The notes below the pieces were generated by a model, which was not told the origin of the DNA, ran no database searches, and saw nothing but the letters and a program-made list of their open reading frames with translations. Shown here one piece after another: positions 55,118 through 61,427 of a stretch of DNA of 61,427 bases. The stretch is from a virus (taxonomy: Duplodnaviria; Caudoviricetes), in IMG/VR virus record IMGVR_UViG_3300035670_000214, positions 1 through 61,427 of that record; one strand, given 5' to 3'. Both the position numbers and the translations under genes were made by a program. How positions within the stretch are numbered: position 1 is the first letter of the stretch; each line of letters begins with the position of its first letter.

Positions 55118-55405
55118 TCATGTATTATCCTCATCTTCCCAGACCATATTTTCTGGGTCGTCAGAACTAGAGAACTGTATTGAGAGTAGGTCCATAGAGT
55201 TTAACGGACTCTCGAAACGAACCACGTGGCCTTTTGGTTCAGTCACATCCATCTCCGGTTCTTCCTCGCCCATCACCTCGTCGAAGCAGGCCTCGCAGGT
55301 GCCGCTGATGAACAACTCCTTGTAGCCGAGGTCAGTGAAGACATTCTCCTCGCTGTAGGGATGCTTACAGCGCCAGCAGTTACCTCGTGGTAGATTGTAC
55401 ATCAC
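55118..55405 (-). CDS. Zinc-binding hypothetical protein
   Basis: CWRC...ISGTCEACFD. Confidence 0.6.
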   Translation of the reverse strand: MMYNLPRGNCWRCKHPYSEENVFTDLGYKELFISGTCEACFDEVMGEEEPEMDVTEPKGHVVRFESPLNSMDLLSIQFSSSDDPENMVWEDEDNT

Positions 55406-56096
55406 AGACTCCTGATGAGTATTATTAGTACTACTACGCTAACCAGTACACCAAAGCTAAGGGAGAACAACAGGTAGGCTAGTGAAATCATACGTATACC
55501 TCGTACTGTAGGGTACTGAACGAACTGTCGCATACAGCCATAGGCCAATCTTCGAGCAGCTCTTCCAGGCTATCGTATTCTATACTATCGACAGCTTCAT
55601 TGTCCAAGTTAATCAGGTGGCAGTAGAAAACTACTCGGTAGCTATTCATTATCCAACCCTCCTCGTAAGTTTAAGCTGTTCACGTTGCTTAGCTAGGAAT
55701 CCGTTAACAGCGTTGAGTGCCTCACGTTCAGTAGCGAAAGATTTCTGGCGCATACCGTACTTATCATGCCAGAGAAGTACAAGCACTACGTCATTCTGAC
55801 GCACGACCTCTGCCGACCAACCTATTAAGCTTACCATCACTTGTCTCCTGTATATCATTGGTGCCGTAGGCATACTATCGTCAGACTAGCGAAAAACTTG
55901 AGGGCTGTTTTGGGAATCCGCTTCGCGTCCAATCCTCTTTCAGAGTCCTCGAAGGTAACTGATTTGCGTCAGCTGGGGTAGTTCGTCGGGGGAGACCCCC
56001 TAGTAAACGCCCGTTTTTTCTATATTTTTTAACCAAAACTTAACTCTTTTCTCGAAATTCTAAAGAAACGGTTCGAACTTCCGATCTTCGCCTTGA

Positions 56097-57026
56097 TTGG
56101 TCGGAGGGTTCTGGATGCGAGATAGGCGGGGACAGGAAAGAAGGGTCTGCCCTAATGAAAGGTGTAAGAACCATTCTGTCCCTAGTTTTGACTTCACAAA
56201 AGATGGCTTTTACCTTCGAAAGACGGGAAAAAAGGACCGAGTGCAAAGGTATAGGTGTAAGTCCTGCGGTAAAAGATTTCACGGGACATACGGGAGGCTC
56301 ACCTATAGGCAGCGAAAGCCCGAGATAAATAAGCCCTTCGTTGAAGTATACCTATCTGGTGTAAGCCTAAGACGGACGGCACACATCCTAAAGGTAAACA
56401 GAAAGACCTTAGCAAGGCGAATACTAACCCAAGGGGCTATGGCCAGAAAAAGCCACGAAGATAGACTCTTAAAATCCGACGACTTTAAAGGACGGAACTA
56501 TTCCTTCGACGATATGATTACAAAGGTCGGTAGCAAATACTTTCCCGTATCGTTATCAATAGCGGTAAATGAGGATACAGGCAAAATCGTAGACATCAAA
56601 GTTTCAAGAATCAATGCCTACGGTTATCCCGCCAGAAATTCTTCCAAGGTCCCTGGCCTTACCAAAGTCCCAACCGACCTACACAACCAGGAAATGATAA
56701 ATGTGCTTTCCGCCATTAAAATTGCCTCTAAAGGCACAAAATTCTTTCTTCATACGGATAAAGCCAACAACATAGTATCGACAGGACGAATCGCCCTTGG
56801 CAAAAATTTTGTTCATAAACCTGTGAAGGCCCCTAAGAAGGGCGAACAAAGAGCGGGTTTTTCCGCTATGTTCTGGCTGAATCATGTTTGTGCTAGGATA
56901 AGGGCCGACTTAGCAAGGATGGGAAGGTCCAGTTGGTGCTTTAGCCGATCGATGGATTCCCTACAATCGCACCTTGATATGTTCATGGAGTTCTTCAATA
57001 ATAGACAGTATAGAATAGCCTCTTGA
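56097..57026 (+). CDS. IS1-like transposase (Zn ribbon, HTH, DDE-type core)
   Basis: CPNERC...QRYRCKSCGKRF; SGVSLRRTAHILKVNRKTL; SFDDM, LHTD, LNH...R. Confidence 0.85.
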   Translation: MVGGFWMRDRRGQERRVCPNERCKNHSVPSFDFTKDGFYLRKTGKKDRVQRYRCKSCGKRFHGTYGRLTYRQRKPEINKPFVEVYLSGVSLRRTAHILKVNRKTLARRILTQGAMARKSHEDRLLKSDDFKGRNYSFDDMITKVGSKYFPVSLSIAVNEDTGKIVDIKVSRINAYGYPARNSSKVPGLTKVPTDLHNQEMINVLSAIKIASKGTKFFLHTDKANNIVSTGRIALGKNFVHKPVKAPKKGEQRAGFSAMFWLNHVCARIRADLARMGRSSWCFSRSMDSLQSHLDMFMEFFNNRQYRIAS

Positions 57027-57057
57027 TTGCGGTTGTGTTTGTTTTTATGAAGTCTTA

Positions 57058-57294
57058 TTAATAAGACATTAGGTCTTTCCAATCATTTCGACGTTTTTCA
57101 TCTGCCCATATAAATACACTCTGGTCGTATTCCTTAGGGCAGCCATGCGGTTTTGTTACGGCACCACGGAGGTCTTTTGTAGCAAAAGGAATCCACTGGT
57201 CAAGGATTTTGCCGCAGCGCTCGCAAGGGTCTGGGGTCAGATCAAGGTCATATTTTGCTGCCCATTTTTTGACTGGAACATTCGGATAAATCAT
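57058..57294 (-). CDS. IS passenger protein (CxxC...HxC)
   Basis: Inside the TIRs; GAGGA RBS; own sigma28-like promoter at 57329-57356. Confidence 0.65.
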   Translation of the reverse strand: MIYPNVPVKKWAAKYDLDLTPDPCERCGKILDQWIPFATKDLRGAVTKPHGCPKEYDQSVFIWADEKRRNDWKDLMSY

Positions 57295-57540
57295 AAATAT
57301 AAAATCCTCTGATGGTTTATTCTACTGCTTATCGGAAAAATTAAGAATAAACTTTTTAAAAGTTCAACCTGGAAGAAAAAGTCCTTATAGAAAACCCCCG
57401 TTGTCTACCCCAGCTGATGATTTGCGATTTCCCTTCTCTTACCCTTACCGCCTGTAAGAATTAGTCGAAAGACAAATGCATAGACCGTGCCAATTTGACG
57501 CGGTTGCGTCTGGCTAAAGGTTAAAAATATCCTAGCCCAT

Positions 57541-57568
57541 CTATCGGCAGAAGTGAAATAAAACTTAA
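57541..57568 (-). promoter_or_regulatory. sigma28/FliA-like promoter (leftward)
   Basis: TTAAGTTT-N12-GCCGATAG against consensus TAAAGTTT-N11-GCCGATAA. Confidence 0.6.
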
Positions 57569-57695
57569 GTTTGAAGTATAATGTACGGATATTATTAATC
57601 ATTTATTGACCTGTAAAATTACTTTGAATTTTCTGACCCCAGTTGTCGATGAGTTCATTGTGGTCAGTGAGATAAACAACAACGGGGTAATTACA

Positions 57696-57968
57696 ATGGA
57701 AAACTATAATGGATATCAGAATAGGGAGACATATGATGTGGTGCTGTGGTGTCAGAATGACGAGGGTCTCTATCATATGTTTAGGGACCAAGACGCCCAG
57801 ACCATTAAAATTCAGTTTCAGGAGTGGGCGGATCAGTCAGTGACTGAACCCATGGAGCTCACCGAGGAGCTACGCTCGGTGCTCCGCGATATCGGCTCTC
57901 TCTGGCGGGTCAATTGGTACGAGGTCTCCGACGCGTTAACAGACGAAACAGAGGAGGAATCGGTATGA
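57696..57968 (+). CDS. Early-region conserved phage protein (YNG..N.ET..V.LW..ND type)
   Basis: MENYNGYQNRETYDVVLWCQNDEGLY; GGGG RBS. Confidence 0.65.
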   Translation: MENYNGYQNRETYDVVLWCQNDEGLYHMFRDQDAQTIKIQFQEWADQSVTEPMELTEELRSVLRDIGSLWRVNWYEVSDALTDETEEESV

Positions 57969-58315
57969 ATAGGAAACAGATGAAAGAGCTAGGAAAAGCG
58001 ATGAACGAATTGGAACGATACCGTGCACCCGCCGTCCGGTTTGTTGTGAAGCGCGGTAAGACCGTTGGACAACCGGAGCACCGCTGGGTCGTTTGGGATA
58101 CCCGGTTCCAGGAATGGATGATAGCTGGGGAGAACTATAGGGTGATAAAAAACACGGCAGACGGTTGGAACGTGGAAGAGATAAAGAGACCTCAATTGGT
58201 TTTGGTGGTTTCCAATTCTTACGATTGGTATCAATTGACGGTCAGGAAATTAAGTCGTGTTTTACCTAGGCAGAATGATAGGAAAAATCAGGTGCATTTA
58301 AGTTTGGTCCGGTGA
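57965..58315 (+). CDS. Early-region hypothetical protein
   Basis: GAGGAGG RBS before ATG 57965. Confidence 0.5.
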   Translation: MNRKQMKELGKAMNELERYRAPAVRFVVKRGKTVGQPEHRWVVWDTRFQEWMIAGENYRVIKNTADGWNVEEIKRPQLVLVVSNSYDWYQLTVRKLSRVLPRQNDRKNQVHLSLVR

Positions 58316-58325
58316 TTCCCGAAAA
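58298..58325 (+). promoter_or_regulatory. sigma28-like promoter
   Basis: TTAAGTTT-N12-CCCGAAAA upstream of 58376. Confidence 0.45.
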
Positions 58326-58375
58326 GTCTTATATCAGGTCGGTGATGGCACCGGCCAAGAACAAGGAGACCTAAG

Positions 58376-58564
58376 ATGTTTCAGCACAACGATATCATCA
58401 GTGGAGACCAAGAATTCCTTAAAGAATGGCTAGGACTAGAAAAAGGCGCGGCCAGCTGTTTCTCTGACGGCTTTCTGTTCATCGTGCAGCGTCAGAACGG
58501 TCACTGGGTGACCCTTAAGGCCTTCGACCTCAAAATTGAAACCGATATCCTAGGAGGGAAATAA
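58376..58564 (+). CDS. Early-region hypothetical protein
   Basis: AAGGAG RBS. Confidence 0.55.
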   Translation: MFQHNDIISGDQEFLKEWLGLEKGAASCFSDGFLFIVQRQNGHWVTLKAFDLKIETDILGGK

Positions 58565-58565
58565 G

Positions 58566-58886
58566 ATGAGTATTCAGATTATTACCTGGTATGATACCGT
58601 CAGTCCCGAGTCAGCGGAGCAGGGTGAGTATGAGAGTACCGGAAACGACGAGCGGGTCTATCGGTTTGATCCGGTTGAATTGGCTGAGGCTGTCGCTGAG
58701 TTCCGGTCCATGGTTGAGCAAGGGGCTTGGGAAACGACTGATATCCGCGTGAATGAGGTCCTGTACTCTGCCGACCCGTCGCTGGACTATAGGACAGGAC
58801 ACGAGGACAGCGATTGTCTCGTGCTGCACATCGACGACCCTGAACTTCGCAAAAAGGCCCAGGCTCTCATAGACTCCTGGGACTAA
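58566..58886 (+). CDS. Acidic early-region protein (Y..V.PESAE.G motif)
   Basis: AGGAGG RBS; motif common in phage early genes. Confidence 0.6.
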   Translation: MSIQIITWYDTVSPESAEQGEYESTGNDERVYRFDPVELAEAVAEFRSMVEQGAWETTDIRVNEVLYSADPSLDYRTGHEDSDCLVLHIDDPELRKKAQALIDSWD

Positions 58887-59293
58887 GAGACAGCCCCCCT
58901 GAAGTCGTGTCTTAATAGACACGCCACGGCCCCGTTGGCAGACGCTGACGGGGTCTTTTAGTTTTAGACCTAGCTCAATCCACCGCCCCGCCAATTTAGC
59001 GCCGCGCCCTTTCGACCGGACCATCCCATCGCCGTCGGGAACTTCCCCTCCACCACCACCACACCACGCCTCACGTGTAAGCAGCGACAAGATGGTCGCC
59101 AAGTGGGGTCAACCGACGCGCTGAAGAGAATTTCCGGGCACACACTCGGGGATAATCGGGGGCAAAAGGTCAATAATATTAGGCTGTTAGAGGAATAGAT
59201 ACGAGGGGTAATAGTAGGTGCTAAGTTACGAATATCACTAGCATTAATTAGCAGTACCAAATGTCAGCCAAAAACCCGGCCCAAAAGTACTAA

Positions 59294-59322
59294 GCCCCCT
59301 GCTAGCAACTGCTAGAGGGGGC
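59294..59322 (-). terminator. GC-rich hairpin, terminator-like for a leftward transcript
   Basis: GCCCCCT-g-CTAGC-AACT-GCTAG-AGGGGGC; followed by TTAGTACTTTT on the minus strand. Confidence 0.5.
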
Positions 59323-59486
59323 GTATAGGTGCTTGCTTCGGCCTCTCCCTCGGCCTCGTCTCTCTCTACCTCCCCTCTTCGGGGTAGCTATCGAGCTCCT
59401 CGGCCTCGGGGTACTACCTATTAACTAGGTACTAGCAACCAGCCCAGTACCAGATAACGACACTAGTTGTCTCGTTCTGGTAACAT

Positions 59487-59544
59487 CCTGCTAGATAGTA
59501 CAAGCCACTTCGTGTCAGGTGCCAATAACCTGCTAGATAGTACA
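59487..59544. repeat. 16-bp direct repeat CCTGCTAGATAGTACA (two copies)
   Basis: 59487-59502 and 59529-59544 (42-bp period) in the largest non-coding region. Confidence 0.8.
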
Positions 59545-59672
59545 CAAAAGAAGGTACTTACCGGGCACTTGAAAAGTCCAGTACTCTAGATATAACAAGT
59601 TATCAGTCACAGGTCAACTACGTAGTTATAGACCAACCCATATATATTCACATAGGGTAGGGGAGTAATAAG

Positions 59673-59758
59673 AATGTAGCACGACCTGAAGGGTCTGTCA
59701 AGTAAAAAATTAATCAAGACACAAAAAACTTGACTTGCCCCTACCGATAGGCTAATAT
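59673..59758. promoter_or_regulatory. Divergent sigma70-like promoter pair
   Basis: Minus strand TTGACA-N17-TACATT (59701 to 59673); plus strand TTGACT-N17-TAATAT (59730-59758). Confidence 0.65.
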
Positions 59759-59783
59759 ATACTCTGGTCTGGAGGTCTACGCG

Positions 59784-60089
59784 ATGCTTAAACCATTCCA
59801 GAAGTCCCATAACACCGCCTTTAGGCTGTTCACCGTCCTGCTATACGGCTTGGAATCCAACCTACCCTACCTGGAATACCTAGGTCAAGAGGGAAGATAC
59901 CGCCGATTACGGCTTCGACCAGCCCCTTGCTCTTACTCCATGCGTATGACGGTCCACCGCATGAAGCAGCACCTGGTCTGGCTGCAGGAAATCGGTCTAA
60001 TAGACCAGCTGGAACTATCCCCAGGCCGGATAGACCTTAGCATAAAGCTACCCGACCCAGCTCCGTACACCGAGGAAGCAGAAGAATGA
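59784..60089 (+). CDS. Possible winged-helix regulator
   Basis: GGAGG RBS; VHRMKQHLVWLQEIGLI recognition-helix-like segment. Confidence 0.45.
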   Translation: MLKPFQKSHNTAFRLFTVLLYGLESNLPYLEYLGQEGRYRRLRLRPAPCSYSMRMTVHRMKQHLVWLQEIGLIDQLELSPGRIDLSIKLPDPAPYTEEAEE

Positions 60090-60655
60090 GCCGAGAATCC
60101 AGCAAAGGGGCCGCTAATACCCCTCAGTCCACCGAAATGAAGGATGCCGTAGAGCAAATAATCTACGTACCTACTACCCAGGAGAGAAAACTCAAGGCAA
60201 AATTCTGGTCAAAAGCCGGTGAGAACCCCCTCATGCCCATAGCAGGCTCCAATATCAGCCTAGCCAATATTAAACAACTGACCGGCAATAATCAATCCCT
60301 CGATGCAGCCTGGAAAAAGCCAGGATTCCAGAACTGGTTCATGAATGCCGATGACGGGCGAGCCAAAATGGAGTACCTATTTGACCTAGGGCTGGACGCC
60401 ATCGAGGAATTGCTCATGAGCCCAGACCCCAAAACCTCCTCCGCCAAGGTAAACGCCCTAAAGCTTCTAGCTGAATTGACGGGCAGGTACATTAAGGGCA
60501 AGCAGGGTCAAATAGGCGGACTTGGCGAAGCTATCGCCCATGCCGACAAGGCTAGCCTGGAAGCCCTCTTCGAGTCAGCCGGATTAAAAGTAGCAGTTTC
60601 AGCCTCTAAAGGCCAAGAACAAATGATAACCATAGAACCAGAAGGAGACAAGTAA
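60086..60655 (+). CDS. Putative terminase small subunit
   Basis: HTH-like segment, then helical AKVNALKLLAELTG; two genes upstream of terL. Confidence 0.55.
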   Translation: MSRESSKGAANTPQSTEMKDAVEQIIYVPTTQERKLKAKFWSKAGENPLMPIAGSNISLANIKQLTGNNQSLDAAWKKPGFQNWFMNADDGRAKMEYLFDLGLDAIEELLMSPDPKTSSAKVNALKLLAELTGRYIKGKQGQIGGLGEAIAHADKASLEALFESAGLKVAVSASKGQEQMITIEPEGDK

Positions 60656-61038
60656 TGTCTAAAGCCTATTATCCACAGGAATGCAAACTATCAAATGTGA
60701 CAGTTATAGGTGCAAGCCAAACTAACACCCCAATTTCTCTAACATTTTCAGTCTCCAAAGCTGGTTCCTTGAACATCCTGGTAGCCATCCAGTGCTCTGC
60801 GGTTACAGCAGGTGCAGGGATTACTGCCAAGCTACAATCTAGCGTAACAGGCGCTGATTGGCTAGATGGAAATAGCGTATCAGTAACAGGTAATGGCTGG
60901 TTCTACATCCGCATGAACATCGAGGTCAGCGCCGACCAAGCTAAATTACCATTAGCCGACCTAGGTAGAGTAGTACTTACTACAGGTGCAGGCTCAGCAG
61001 CTACCATTGACGCAGTCTACGTGGTTCAAGCCCATTGA
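60655..61038 (+). CDS. Small all-beta (jelly-roll-like) virion protein
   Basis: AKLQSS...W...GRVV pattern; Thr/Ser/Ala/Val-rich. Confidence 0.5.
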   Translation: MSKAYYPQECKLSNVTVIGASQTNTPISLTFSVSKAGSLNILVAIQCSAVTAGAGITAKLQSSVTGADWLDGNSVSVTGNGWFYIRMNIEVSADQAKLPLADLGRVVLTTGAGSAATIDAVYVVQAH

Positions 61039-61123
61039 CTCTAGATGAAAAAAACCTAGTACGGATACGTAGTATCTTGGTCGAAGACCTCGTAGTGTCC
61101 CACTTCTTAACTTAGGCTGTGCA

Positions 61124-61427
61124 ATGACCACACTGTCCCCAGAAATGCTAGCCAAAGCTGCCGAGCGTTATAGACGTCTTGCTTTGCAGGACGCCTTTGA
61201 CCCTCACAACCTAAGCACCAGACCCACGGCAGTACAGCAACAAGTATTCGAGGAGTTTGGCCAAAGAAGCCAACAGTGGATAGTAGCGTCCAACCAATCG
61301 GGTAAGACGCAAACCTGCTCCCGGCTTACAGCTTGGGTGCTTGCTGAGAACCATCCACATTGGTCCAGACCCAAAAGCTGGAACAAGGAACCTCTTCTTC
61401 TTCTCGTCTGCGGACGTACTGGAAAGC
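61124..61427 (+). CDS. terL: Terminase large subunit, 5' part
   Basis: MTTLSPEMLAKAAERY...PTAVQ...IVASNQSGKT; 59 codons before 61301, in frame with base 1. Confidence 0.88.
   Translation, partial: MTTLSPEMLAKAAERYRRLALQDAFDPHNLSTRPTAVQQQVFEEFGQRSQQWIVASNQSGKTQTCSRLTAWVLAENHPHWSRPKSWNKEPLLLLVCGRTGK
61301..61427. repeat. 127-bp terminal direct repeat (copy 2)
   Basis: Identical to 1-127. Confidence 0.95.

Larger units (their letters stand above)
55969..57417. mobile_element. Complete IS1-like insertion sequence (1449 bp) with a passenger gene
   Basis: Perfect TIRs TCAGCTGGGGTAG (55969-81) / CTACCCCAGCTGA (57405-17); TSD TGATTTGCG at 55960-68 and 57418-26. Confidence 0.9.

Noticed and set aside
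58611-59260. Minus-strand ORFs 58611-59102 and 58970-59260
   Set aside because: They overlap a better plus-strand gene and hairpin-rich DNA, are low complexity and lack an RBS
1-61300. Stop-codon reassignment suggested by TAG/CTAG richness
   Set aside because: Long genes are intact in the standard code, several end in TAG, and no suppressor tRNA was seen

Overview
The window is a complete circular dsDNA phage genome of about 61,300 bp. Bases 1-127 are identical to 61301-61427, and the terminase gene reads through that junction. The + strand carries a podovirus-like late arm: TerS/TerL, portal, scaffold, major capsid, four fibre genes plus an orphan fibre C-domain, adaptor, a giant nozzle and ejection proteins. 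A dut-RHH-nrdJ(intein)-thyX cassette is wedged between portal and scaffold. The - strand (37.3-55.9 kb) holds lysis, envelope, replication and accessory genes: PolA, DinG-like helicase, RuvC-like and Cas4-like nucleases, DUF5664, a ClpP-like protease, a Tad2-like protein and a Fis-like HTH. An intact IS1-like element (13-bp TIRs, 9-bp TSD) lies at 55969-57417, beside a small early-gene region with sigma28-like promoters. I found no integrase, primase, tRNA, CRISPR array or reverse transcriptase. The most unusual signal is in the late operon: large, densely base-paired intergenic RNAs and recurring decoy-start / anti-start / real-start triads. One pseudoknotted RNA separates a fibre gene from a silent alternative receptor-binding domain and can pair with that gene's domain junction. 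A Bdellovibrionota-like host is inferred, not shown. All calls are by eye; no searches or folding programs were run.
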